From assembly GCA_010015585.1 (NCBI GenBank), contig ML975167.1: 64,000 nucleotides of DNA; one strand, written 5' to 3'. This document shows, one piece after another, positions 13,614-24,569 of the stretch (position 1 is the first letter of the stretch; each line of letters opens with the position of its first letter). The stretch comes from Eremomyces bilateralis CBS 781.70. Lineage: Eukaryota. The position numbers were made by a program, and so were the translations under genes. The notes under the pieces were generated by a model. The model was given only the letters and a program-made list of their open reading frames with translations. It was not told where the DNA came from and searched no databases.

Positions 13614-16586
13614 TCAACCACTGCACATAACACAGGCCTCCTTGTTCTCGATACTGCACTGCAGCGCCTCATCAGCATAGATGTCGCCCTCGCGGTCCTT
13701 GCTGTCGCCCTCGCCATCCTCATCTTGCTTCGGCTTCGCCTCGGCCGCTTCAGAGCGGTCGATCAGCTTCTCCTCGACCGGCTCCCCCGACGGATCCGTG
13801 CTGAGGAGCTTCGGGCTGTCGCCCTCCTCCACATCGGCCTTGAACTCGGGGTTCTTCAGCGGGTCTTTCTTGGTGGCAGGGGAGGAGGATTTGCTTTCGG
13901 AGGTGGGGGGCGGGGTGGTCGAGGGGGTGGGGACGCCGTTGGAGGTGGTCGTGGGCTGAGGCTTCTGCATGTACATGGGCTTTGGGATGGCCGCCGGAGA
14001 GCTCATGGTTGCTGGAGAGCTCATGGAGTAAGGGGTGCTCGCCAGAGTGCGCTTCTTCATCGCACCGGGAGTGCGGGCGACGTTGGTGTCGGCGACCTTG
14101 AGTTGCTCTTGGTCGACGGTGAACTGGATCGGAGCGGAAGCAGCCATGGTTCGCAGGTAGTACATGCCGGTCTTGAGGCCCATCTTCCAGCCTGCGAAGT
14201 GCATGCTGGTGATCTTGCCCATGGTAGGCTCCTTCATGTGGATGTTGAGGGATTGAGATTGGTCGATGAAGGCACCACGGTCCGCGGCCAGCTGGATGAT
14301 TGTGCGTTGAGGGATTTCCCAAACCGTCTTGTACAGCAACTTGAGGTCATCGGGGATGTTGGGGACGCGTTGGATGGAGCCGCCTTCGGAGATGATGCGG
14401 TTCTTCATGTTGTCGGACCACAGACCCAGGTCGACAAGATCCTTCAGCAGCCACGGGTTGACGACTTGGAACTCGCCCGCCAGGACACGGCGTTGGTAGA
14501 TATTGGAGGTGTACGGTTCGAAGCATTCGTTGAAGCCCAGAATCTGGCTCGTGCTGGCAGTAGGCATGGGAGCGACGAGCAAGCTGTTGCGGACACCGTA
14601 CTTCTTAATCTCGTCCTTCAACGCGGCCCAGTCCCAAAGATCTGTGGGAGTGACGTTCCACATGTCGTATTGAAGAATGCCTTGAGAGACGGGGCTGCCC
14701 TCGTAGGTCGAGTAGACCCCATCCACCTTAGCAATCTCGCAGGAGGCGGTAAGCGCTGCGTGGTAGATAGTCTCGAAGATCTGGAGGTTGAGCTTTCGAG
14801 CCTCTTCAGAGTCGAAGGGCATGCGAAGGGCAAGGAAAGCATCCGCAAGACCTTGAACACCGACACCGATAGGTCGATGGCGCATGTTGCTGTTGCGAGC
14901 CTCCGGGACAGGGTAGTGATTCACGTCAATGGTCTTGTTCAAATTCCGAACCACAACCTGAGTGACTTCGTGCAGCTTCTGGAAGTTGTACTCTCCACGA
15001 GCGATGTCCACACAAGTTGGCAGCGCGATGGAGGCCAGGTTGCAGACCGCGACTTCATCCGGAGCGGTGTACTCGATGATTTCAGTGCACAGGTTGGAGC
15101 TGCGGATGGTGCCCAAGTTCTTCTGGTTGCTCTTTCGGTTGCAAGCATCCTTGTAGAGCATGTACGGGTTGCCAGTCTCCGTTTGAGCCTCCAAGATAGA
15201 GTACCACAACTTCTGAGCACGAACGGTCTCACGACCACGTCCTTCGCGTTCGTATCTGTAGAGAGACGTTAGAACAATAATCAACAAGACTACCGTAGGA
15301 CGCTTACCGCTCATAGAGCTCCTCAAATTCGTCGCCGTAGACATCGGCAAGGCCAGGAGCCTCATTGGGGCAGAACAGGGTCCACTCGCCATTCTGCTCA
15401 ACTCGTCTCATGAAGAGGTCGGGAATCCAGAGGGCGTAGAACAAGTCGCGAGCACGGACTTCCTCTTTGCCGTGGTTCTTTCGAAGATCCAAGAACCCGA
15501 AAACATCCGCATGCCAGGGCTCGAGGTAAATTGCGAAGGCGCCAGGACGCTTGTTGCCACCTTGGTCAACGTAGCGTGCAGTATTGTTGTAGACCCGAAG
15601 CATAGGAATCAGGCCGTTCGACGTGCCATTGGTTCCACCAATGTACGATCCGGTAGCACGGATCCGGTGAACATTAAGACCGATGCCACCGGCAGTCTTG
15701 GAGATCATCGCCGAGGTCTTTAATGTATCGTAAATACCTTCAATGCTATCTTCCTTCATATCGATGAGGAAGCATGAAGCGAGTTGAGCCATCGGAGTTC
15801 CTGCATTGAACAAGGTAGGCGACGCATGAGTGAAGTACTTGTTCGACATATAATTGTAGGTTTCTATCGCCTTCTCGATATCCTCGCCATGAATGCCCAC
15901 AGCGACACGCATGATCATGTGTTGAGGACGCTCGGCCACCTTGCCATTGATCTTGAGGAGATACGACCGTTCCAATGTCTTGAACCCGAAATACTGGTAG
16001 TTGAAATCTCGATCATAGACAATGGCAGAGTTGAGCTCGTCTGCGTGCTTCATGACAGTCTTGTATGTCGATTCGCCAATCATGGAGGCGGGCTTATTAT
16101 TCTTGGGGTTCACGTAGTGGTACAGGTCTGAGATGACAGCTGAGAACTGCTTCTTGGTCTGCTTGTGAAGATTCGATACTGCGATACGTGCAGCGAGGAC
16201 GGCATAGTCTGGATGGGTGGTGGTGAGATAGGCAGCGGTCTCAGCGGCCTGAAAATTTGTTAGCGTGTTGCACCAATTGCCCCCTAGATGATGATAAACT
16301 GACCAAGTTATCGAGTTCAAACGTGGTGACGCCTTGGTAGACTCCAGATATGACCTTCTGGGTGATGGCTGCAGCGTCGACATGATCGGGGTCGAGACCA
16401 TAGCACAGTCTCGAAACACGAGCAGTGATCTTGTCGAACTGAACGCGTTCTTTGCGTCCGTCTGAAGGCTGGTCAGTATAGGTTCATCTCAGACGGTATT
16501 CTACATCCATCAAGTCCAGATTTGACCGTATATCGGAGGATATCACGCTGGACTGGGCTAGACTTACCTCGTTTGTAGACGAACAT
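13614..16586 (-). CDS. RNR1: Ribonucleoside-diphosphate reductase large subunit; 4 exons
   Basis: [19 protein letters not shown] (ATP cone), [38 protein letters not shown] and C-terminal CVMCSG. Introns 16567-16462, 16303-16249 and 15307-15256. Confidence 0.98.
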
Positions 16587-16825
16587 GTTGAATGATGATG
16601 GGATAAAGTGTTCGGGAATGGACTCAAATTCTCAAAGGCAACAATAGCCTGATGATCAAGAAGGAATTGCAGTGTGGACTGGAAGCATATATTCCTGTTG
16701 TTAGAAGAGGAGTAGCGGTGAGATGAGATGTAGAGAGGGAAGGGAGTGTTGTGGTCGTGGTTGCGGTGGTGGGGCGGAGGAGTTTTTGTAGGAGTCGCTG
16801 CTGTGTTCTGTTGTCGAGTGGACGC

Positions 16826-16859
16826 ACGCGTGAACGCGACTTGGAAGATTTGGACGCGA
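16826..16859. promoter_or_regulatory. Cluster of MCB (MluI cell-cycle box) elements upstream of RNR1
   Basis: ACGCGT at 16826-16831 and ACGCGA at 16834-16839 and 16854-16859, about 240-270 bp upstream of the RNR1 ATG. RNR large-subunit genes are classic MBF targets in yeasts. Confidence 0.75.
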
Positions 16860-17469
16860 CGAAGCTCGGACTCACACGGAGTTCCACTTAAGCTCGAGCT
16901 TGAATTTGTAATTGGCCAGATGTCGAATCGGGTGCATCATGTGATAGTCATGTAATATAAATCCGACCATCTCGGTTTTTTAGTAAGCAGGCGTGACAGG
17001 TTTTTTGTCCAATTTCTGCCTCAGGTTTTAGGGGCCAGCCTCCTCTGCTCAATCAGTCCATCCGAAACCGAAGCCAATACAGACACCGGACACACACAGT
17101 CGACAGCACTTGGTCACAGGACTAAGTCGAGTTCTTGCTCGATAGTGATGTGCATTCAATCTTATGCTCTATACTATTGCTTTAGTCTATTCCTAGTCTA
17201 TATGCCAACCCCTGTTCAACTTCGAAGAAAGCGCTCAGTCGTCAAATGCAATGCTGTGCTTACCGCGACCTATCGTAAAGATGTCTTCTACTCTGCCAAC
17301 TGACAAGCACACCCTGAGGTCATTGTTCTAGCGTCCAGGTAGATCTTTCGGGATATCCCCAGTCTCCCAATGTGAGGAGGGCTTTATTGGCACCGGCATT
17401 AATGGACAAGTTCCGTCAATCGTATGCCTTGAGCGTGCTGGAAAACGAGTACCCATCCGAAACAGAGCC

Positions 17470-18349
17470 TCAGCTCTTTTTCGTGATCTCCATCCTAGAA
17501 ATTTCCTTCAGTACAAGTCATCATGCTGTCCGGTCGGCACTCACAAGAATATGTTATCTCTCTCCGCCACCCCCTCCGAATCGACCGGAATGTCCCTCAC
17601 ATCGAACATCTTTCGGATCCGCTTGATGCACGCGATGTCCGCTCTCCTCCGCTTCTTGAAGCAGAAGTAGCACCGCGTCTTCGCGCCGATCAGGTCCTGC
17701 AGCGTCGCCTGCAGCAGCGGAAACGCCGGTTCGAAGTACACGCAATCGGCGGCGAGGACGACGTCGAGATGCGGCGGGAGGAGGGACGGCGCCGGCGCCG
17801 GCGCGCCCCAGTTGTACTCCACAGCGGTGACTAAGGAGAGGCCGTTCAGCTCGATGTTCTTCTGCATGATGGGAAGCATAACGGCTTGATCGGTGATGTA
17901 GAGCGGGCCTGAAGTTGGACATCCGGTTGCAACTGCAAGCCTGGCGTTCGCAAATCAGTCAAGTCATCCCATGCGTGTTTCCATGCAAAGATTGAGGATT
18001 TGGTTCAAACCCTGTCAGCCCGCCTCCTGCCCCCAATTCTAGTCTGCAAGCAATTAGCGACGGCCTCATATGATCGGTGGTGCGAGAAGACGTACATTGA
18101 ACAGCCCTCCACGAGCTGCTTGTGATCCAGGATATATTCGGCCAGGACCATGCCGGCCGGCCACATCTGACCTCCGCAACCGCCGGAGAGATCCTCATAG
18201 AGCTGTAATGGTGCTTCCAAGCGGCCGTCGAAGTCGACCTTGCTGATCCCAGGCGCTTTGTTATCCCGGATGGGCACTAAATCCTCGCTAAATCCGAACG
18301 GGAGGGGAACGTCGTTATTTTCCATGGCTTCATCTCCATTCCGAGCCAT
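17470..18349 (-). CDS. EFM6: Protein-lysine N-methyltransferase (METTL21/family 16, Efm6-like); 4 exons
   Basis: GCGGQMWPAGMVLAEY, spliced motif I LELGAGGGLTGLAVA, VVLAADCVYFEPAF (DXXY) and FKKRRRAD. Last exon after GTGAGT..TAG gives ..IFLMEITKKS*. Confidence 0.85.
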
Positions 18350-18640
18350 GTTCTGTATTACTTAAGCCTCCGTCGTTGAAACTGCAAGGTTAGAGGCGAA
18401 AGTTGATCAATGAGCTGCGTGGAAATCGAATTTTGATATGGGCCATTTCAGGCTAGCCGATCCTTTTGACAGGGGTCCGCTGTATCGGAAAATAAAGAGC
18501 AACCTCAGATCTCCAGTCTATTCGAGATTAGCTTGCTCCTCTACGCTCACAGGTTCAGTCAGGTCTAAACCTCGATGTTCCCATTAAACGAATCTCAATG
18601 ATAAAATGACTATACTATAAATCCTCACCACCTCTTTGCG

Positions 18641-20377
18641 ATGCGACCACAACCCCATCGAATGCGCCCTTTGGCGCGGACGTTTCGTCAAGCTACCTTC
18701 TCACATACCGAGCTCGAGGGCTTGCAATCTCGACGAGGATTCCGATCGCCTACAACGGCTGCGCAACCGCTCCTTCGACCTACTCGAACCCTCTCACCTC
18801 TTCAATCCCGAATCTCCCAATGTCGATATGCCTCCACAGGACGTCCCGAATTCACAGGACGTTCCGAATTCGGGAAGGCGTTCGCCTACGACCTCACCCG
18901 GGTCATGCTGGTCGGTAGCATGCTGTTCGCGTCGGTGTTCACGGTAGCTTATGCCGTCAATCACGGTCGGCTCGAGCGTGAATTCCCCACGCCCGAAGAA
19001 TGGACCAATTGGACACGCTTCCTCTACCGGACAGCGCGAGGAAGGGAGATCCCCGAGTCGAACGACCCCAAGGTCGCGGACTGGGGCCGCGCGTTCGAAA
19101 ACTATAAAGCCGCGCTCGAGCGGTTGGAGGACCCGGAGAAGGACGGCCAGGGTCTGGTCGAGCTGGCGGAAGGAGGGTTATATGTGCCGGGGATCGGAAA
19201 GGCGGGCTTCGACCTGCAGAACAAGAGCGAGCCGTGGCGTCAAGGGTACTACGAAGTCCTCATGGGACTGGCAACGTCCGCCGAGCATCTGGACGGATTC
19301 GTGCTGGACAAGAAGAAGCATACGTACGTGCCGGAGAAATACGTGGTTGGGCCTAATCACCCCGATGCACGGCCACTGCCCCCGTGGATCAAATCCGTTC
19401 CCCAGGAGCAGGACAGCGAGGTGGCCGCTCCGCCCGCGGAGAACTACTACACGAAGATTCTTACCACCACGGGGTTTACCACCAAGCAACGGCTGGATGC
19501 GGCAATCTCATACGCCGAATGGCTGAACTTCAAAGATTTACGAGACAGCGCACTGGAAACCTTACATTGGGCACTCGACATCGCCTGCACCTCGCTTCCC
19601 CGGGCTCAAGACGTCGTCGACCGAGAGAGCGGCATCATCCGCGCAAAAGCCCCCGTCGTTACCGAGAACATCATCACCGCCACCACCGCCCTTGGCGTGC
19701 ACCAGGCCCAAACCGGCAACGCCTCCGCCGCGCTCGCCATTTTCCTCTCCGTCCTCCGCGCCGTCCGCGCCGCTCCACACGCTGCGACGGTTGTCGACAA
19801 CACGGAGATAAAAGCGGCGCCCACGACCGACGTAGGGCTCGTCGCCGACACCATCCGGCAGTTCCTCGCCATGCTCGAGGAGCGGCCGTATCCGCCGCCG
19901 CCGCCCTCCGGCGACGAACCGTACGCGCGAACCGCAGACGCGGAATGCGCCGAGGCAGCGCTGTTGGTTTACATTGGGGAGATCCTCTTCGCGTCGTCGC
20001 CGTCAAAACACCTCGAGGGCATCCAGTGGACGCGTAGCGGGCTAGAAATGGCCGAGCAGAGCGCGTTCGATGCACGGTTGGAGCTGCCGGCGAGGGCGAA
20101 GGCGTTGGACTGTGCGCAGCTCGCGGTGGACAATTTGAAGACGATGGTTAGCAGGCGGGATCCTGGAACGGGTGAAAGTCCTGCGCCAAAACCTGGGTGG
20201 GGGGGATGGTTTCAACGCAACGGGGGTGACGCAGTTTCGGTCGCACCAGGGGATGCGATATCGCGTCATGAACAGGAAGAGAAAGAGCTATATAAAACGC
20301 AGGCGCGGTTTGATAGGTTGAAGGACACGCTGGATAACAAACTGCGGAAGAGTCCAGTGCTGAATGTCTTCTTCTAG
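18641..20377 (+). CDS. Conserved fungal protein, probably mitochondrial inner membrane (presequence, one TM segment, helical/TPR-like region; possibly Mgr3-like)
   Basis: Single 578-aa ORF. Arg-rich, acid-poor N-terminus; TM segment VMLVGSMLFASVFTVAYAV; helical repeats (YAEWLNF..ALETLHWAL, LLVYIGEILFA). Confidence 0.7.
   Translation: MRPQPHRMRPLARTFRQATFSHTELEGLQSRRGFRSPTTAAQPLLRPTRTLSPLQSRISQCRYASTGRPEFTGRSEFGKAFAYDLTRVMLVGSMLFASVFTVAYAVNHGRLEREFPTPEEWTNWTRFLYRTARGREIPESNDPKVADWGRAFENYKAALERLEDPEKDGQGLVELAEGGLYVPGIGKAGFDLQNKSEPWRQGYYEVLMGLATSAEHLDGFVLDKKKHTYVPEKYVVGPNHPDARPLPPWIKSVPQEQDSEVAAPPAENYYTKILTTTGFTTKQRLDAAISYAEWLNFKDLRDSALETLHWALDIACTSLPRAQDVVDRESGIIRAKAPVVTENIITATTALGVHQAQTGNASAALAIFLSVLRAVRAAPHAATVVDNTEIKAAPTTDVGLVADTIRQFLAMLEERPYPPPPPSGDEPYARTADAECAEAALLVYIGEILFASSPSKHLEGIQWTRSGLEMAEQSAFDARLELPARAKALDCAQLAVDNLKTMVSRRDPGTGESPAPKPGWGGWFQRNGGDAVSVAPGDAISRHEQEEKELYKTQARFDRLKDTLDNKLRKSPVLNVFF
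18835..18871 (+). repeat. 18-bp tandem duplication inside the CDS (TGRPEF-TGRSEF)
   Basis: cacaggacgtcccgaatt followed by cacaggacgttccgaatt, one mismatch. Confidence 0.85.
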
Positions 20378-21092
20378 ATTTCGCGCTCGGAAGGCCGAAT
20401 GGGAGGGGGGACTCGGTGCCACCACAGCTGCTCGAGTCATACCGGTGAGGATAGTCGCCTGGTTTGTGTCATCGACGGTTTCTTAGGAGGCGTGTCAACT
20501 CGACCATCTCCACCGGCCGATGCATCATAAGGAAGCCCACACGCGAGATGCATAAATTCATGCAGCTTTCGAAGCGTGATCAACATGGAGTTCTACCCGA
20601 TCATTACAACCCGGAGCGATGGGTCGTCTTGGCACTGTTCCACCCCCCTCAAAATTAATATCAGGAGATATGAGTCGGGACAACTTCTCTCAGCTTTCGG
20701 CCGTGATGGTCGTTACTAATTGGTGACATGCCAGGCATGGATGGCGTACAGGCGTAAGTTGGTCGCTTGGCGCGACAAGGGACCTCTTGGGGTTCGACGT
20801 CGCCGACTGGGATTGGTAAACCATTCCACTGCGAACGATATCATTACATGTTCACATAATCTGGATGAGATTGCTTGGAGTATGTATGAGGTGTAAGGCA
20901 ACGTCGTCTCCACGTACGTCTATCTGGGTAAATTGGAACCCTGTGTAAACACTGTAGTGTATATAAAAATGTCCATCGGCAATGTCAGTCCTGATTGCTC
21001 CTCTCCTTCCATCTACCAAGTCTCCAAAGTTCTCCAAGTAGACGTCTATTTAATCTGATTTATATCTCAGTCCTCTGACCGTCGATTTTTAC

Positions 21093-21611
21093 ATGTGCAA
21101 AAGCAGGAAACGTGCTGCACAGGCCGAAGCTCTTGTTACGGCTTACCAGATGGGTTCTCAACAGCGACTATACAGCGCAGTCGATGCGGACCAACCTCCT
21201 ACGTATAGCGATCCGCTAGGAGAACCATCGGCGCAGATCTATGAGAATGATCTCCACACCAAAGCGAAGCACGTGGAATTGGACCACACCCAAGCAAGGA
21301 GCCCGCCGAATGCAGCGCACGGCGCATCTACCGGACCAGTTGGCGTGCCCCTAAGGGCTGAATGTACGTCTATCCGCACGATTTCCCTCCAATGCGCAGG
21401 TTAGCTCACAGTCCTAGGTGGATCAGATCGAACCGCCCGGCGGAGGTACATCATGCTGGGACTCTTCGGAATTCTGTTTTGCCGACGGAAGCTGAGGAAG
21501 TGGTCCGGCCGGAGGGAACGCAGATATCGCGGGGTGTACCACTGGGTGGAAAGCTCGCTGGCCATCGCACTGGTTGCGTCGATGCTTAAGGCGCTTGTGA
21601 GGCGGCTATGA
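21093..21611 (+). CDS. Small hypothetical membrane-associated protein with a PPxY motif; 2 exons
   Basis: Exon 1 21093-21363 (QPPTYSD); intron 21364-21417 GTACGT..GCTCAC..TAG; exon 2 in frame: CGSDRTARRRYIMLGLFGILFCRRKLRK..SSLAIALVASMLKALVRRL*. Confidence 0.55.
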
Positions 21612-22169
21612 AACGGCACAATCTGTTAACGACAATGCAAAAAAAAACATTGGATGGTTGTATAATACATGATCCTCTATGTTAAGGGAATTTCAAATGC
21701 CAACCCATCTTGAATATCTTCTAATGATTCCTCAAATTTTAGACCTGCCACATGTAGCTCCACTTGCGCCGTTGAGACCACCGCCTCCAGCGTTTCGGAC
21801 AATACCACCCGCATTATCGAAGCAGTCCCCATACCCCCATTTCACCGCTATGGCTCTAGCATTGTCGAGACTGGCCACCTTTTACAGCGTTTCCAGCAAT
21901 CTGGTGTCGTCTCGTTTGCAGAAGAGAGCCCCTTTGCGACCTGAATGATACCATCGTAGATTGGACGTCAGAATGGAAAACCACGTCCAAAGCCCCCATT
22001 CCATGCAGAGCTTCCTCGATTTCTTCCCTAGGGTTAGAAACCGTTCGTAGGTGTTGCACGTTTTCCACAAGAACATCCGTAGATAGACACCGCGTGGGGC
22101 ATCTCTCTCCGACTGCGCTTTTATGGATATCCCTCTGATCACCGCAAGTTCGGCATTGCACCTAGGGTT

Positions 22170-23578
22170 CTACTTCCAACCCGAATGTTTCATACCCCAT
22201 TCAACCGCGCTGAAAACATCATCGACAATCGCCTTCGGGGGGCAGGATGGCTCGCTTCCGTCCAGATAGACGCCCGTCTTGACGAGAACCGAGTTCCAGC
22301 TCGTCCCGTTCGGCGACTGGTAATTGTTGGCGCCGCGGATGTCCGACTCTACTTCAATATTAGCAAAGTCCGCGTTTCGAACAGGATTCGGATTCGCGAC
22401 AACTCACCGGGATTGTCACCGATCATGTAGACGTTCCGGAGCCCTTCCAGTCCGCACCCGGTACCCGCACCGAGCATCTTGCCCCGCCAGCTGCCGAGGA
22501 CGTTCTCAGCGAACGTGTAGGTGAGCTGGGTCGGCTTTCCCCAGACTTCCTTGTGGAGAATCACACCATTGCCCTCTCCACCAGTAATGCTCCGCCAGAG
22601 CCCATCCAGAGTCTCTCGGAACGCGCCTTGCCCGAGGCGGGAGAGATGCCATCGCGCCGCCCACCAGAGATCGGGATTGCTGAAGTACAAGGGCGGTTGC
22701 CCGTCTTGTTGGTACCCTTTGTTCGGCAGGGAGGGGTGATTGTTCAGCGGCGAGGTGGTCCCGAGATAACCTTGGTGGGAGAGCAGTAGGTCGGTCACGA
22801 TCGTAGTGTCTAAACCCCAATCGCGCGGATCGTTGAAGACGAGGATGCACGTACACCGCAGGTGGTTGCGCAGCGCCGCGTCTGACCCAGGGGACAGCGC
22901 ATGCGGGCCACGGTACACGGGCGCCGGCAGCGGCCGCGAATGTTTCCGATAGTACTCCAGCAGGTGCTTGGAAAACGGCCAGAGGTCAGGATGTGCGGCG
23001 TAGAGATCGCCCGGTGTGATGACGTTCTTGAAGCCATAACTCTCCGCCACCTTTCGACACACGTCGCCGCCCTCCTCGCCGCCAATAACCAGCACCGCCT
23101 CCCCTTTTGCGTCGCCGTGCCCTTTGTACGCTTCTAGCGACGCGAAGGGGGTGTGGCTCTGGACGAAGTTCGCGAGGTCGAGCGGGACCTGGAGCTTGTC
23201 GCTTAGCTCCGCGACGCGGGCCGCCTCGCTGGTGCCTCCGCCATTGGTAAGGAGGATGAATGGGATTTTCTGAGACTGTAGAAGGGACAAGGCTTCGCTC
23301 GCGCGGGGGATGGGGGTCGCTGCTCGCAATAGAACGCCGTCGATGCTAGGGGAATGGGTTAGCTATGGTCTCTTAGGGAGAACGGGACGACCGTGAACGT
23401 ACTCAAACACAAAGGCAAAGTCGGGCACCTTCGACGGCGCGGAAGCCTTCTGAAATGATCTATACACTGGAGGAACTGCTACGGGTCGGTACGTACGACC
23501 GGCAGGTCGCGATACGCGTCCGGAGAACAGCAGCGGACTCCGGAAGACGGTCCGGCCAAACGAGACGCCGGGGGCCAT
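22170..23578 (-). CDS. HAD-superfamily subfamily IIA hydrolase (CECR5/HDHD5-like), with a likely mitochondrial presequence; 3 exons
   Basis: Spliced motif I FAFVFD|IDGVLLR, ILLTNGGG, VFNDPRDW, WGKP, YMIGDNP|ESDIRGAN and SVLVKTGVY; ends ..VEWGMKHSGWK*. Confidence 0.9.
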
Positions 23579-24569
23579 GGTGGCCACGTAGAGAGCGAAC
23601 CGGAAACAAAACGAAGGCGGGAAGATTGTCTAGAATTTGCAAAACATTACGGTTGGTTGGTACACTGGGGGATGAGCTTGAAGTTTGGTCTGGCCCGCTG
23701 TCCCGCACCTCCAGATAAAGGCGGAGGGAAGACCCCACTCGTATATCAACCAACGTCCATCATATATCTAATATCACCCATCCAACACAACTCTACAAGT
23801 ATTGCGAAGGGGCGTGATACCTTTGACAATCAAATTAGTTTAGATAAGTAAGGGTGTTAGCCATAAAATCAACCACTAAAATGGAACCAATGATCTCAAA
23901 GGGTTTCAACTAGAAGGATCTTCGATTTGCAGCCACCATTGTATCTACCATCCCCGATCGACTCCACGGCGGTCACCGGATTCCGGTATGCCACTCCATG
24001 TCCTCCGCTGTTTACTCGGGCGCAGCGCTTCGAGCTTTACCATATATGTATGATTTGCCCACTAGGGGCCTTCCAGCTCGGATCACAAAGTTGAAGGCGA
24101 AGAAGCCGGTCCCCGATCCCACCGCCGAATCTCTTCTGTTCTTCGTTTCCTCGCATCGACATGGTCTGTCCATCCTTCCCTCCAGTGCACCACTTCCATT
24201 CGCGCTCCTGTATAAGAGAGCATGTATGCGCATTCCTCGCCAGTGCGTTGCTCCCCTCGCATATCAATACCACGCTCGTTCGGCAAATGTTATGCCACGG
24301 GTTTGAACGGTGCCTAACTGCGCAGGGTCGAAACAACCTTTCCAATTCCCGACGGGAGGCTCGAGAGCACCCTCCAGACGTTTACATGCGACTGGACATA
24401 CAAAACACCGCAAAGGGTCAACGTAGCATATCGCAAAATCCGTTGTCACGCCGACCGAAGGATAACCAATGTTCGGGCCGAATGGCGTCGTGGCAGCATC
24501 GGAAGCCAAGGCGCGAAGCGAGGCGTTCCGATGAAAGCCGTGTGGGCGTTCGAACACCGCTCCTCAGCT

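Noticed and set aside
13560..15272. 570-aa plus-strand ORF
   Set aside because: Antisense shadow of the codon-biased RNR1 gene; no independent protein features.
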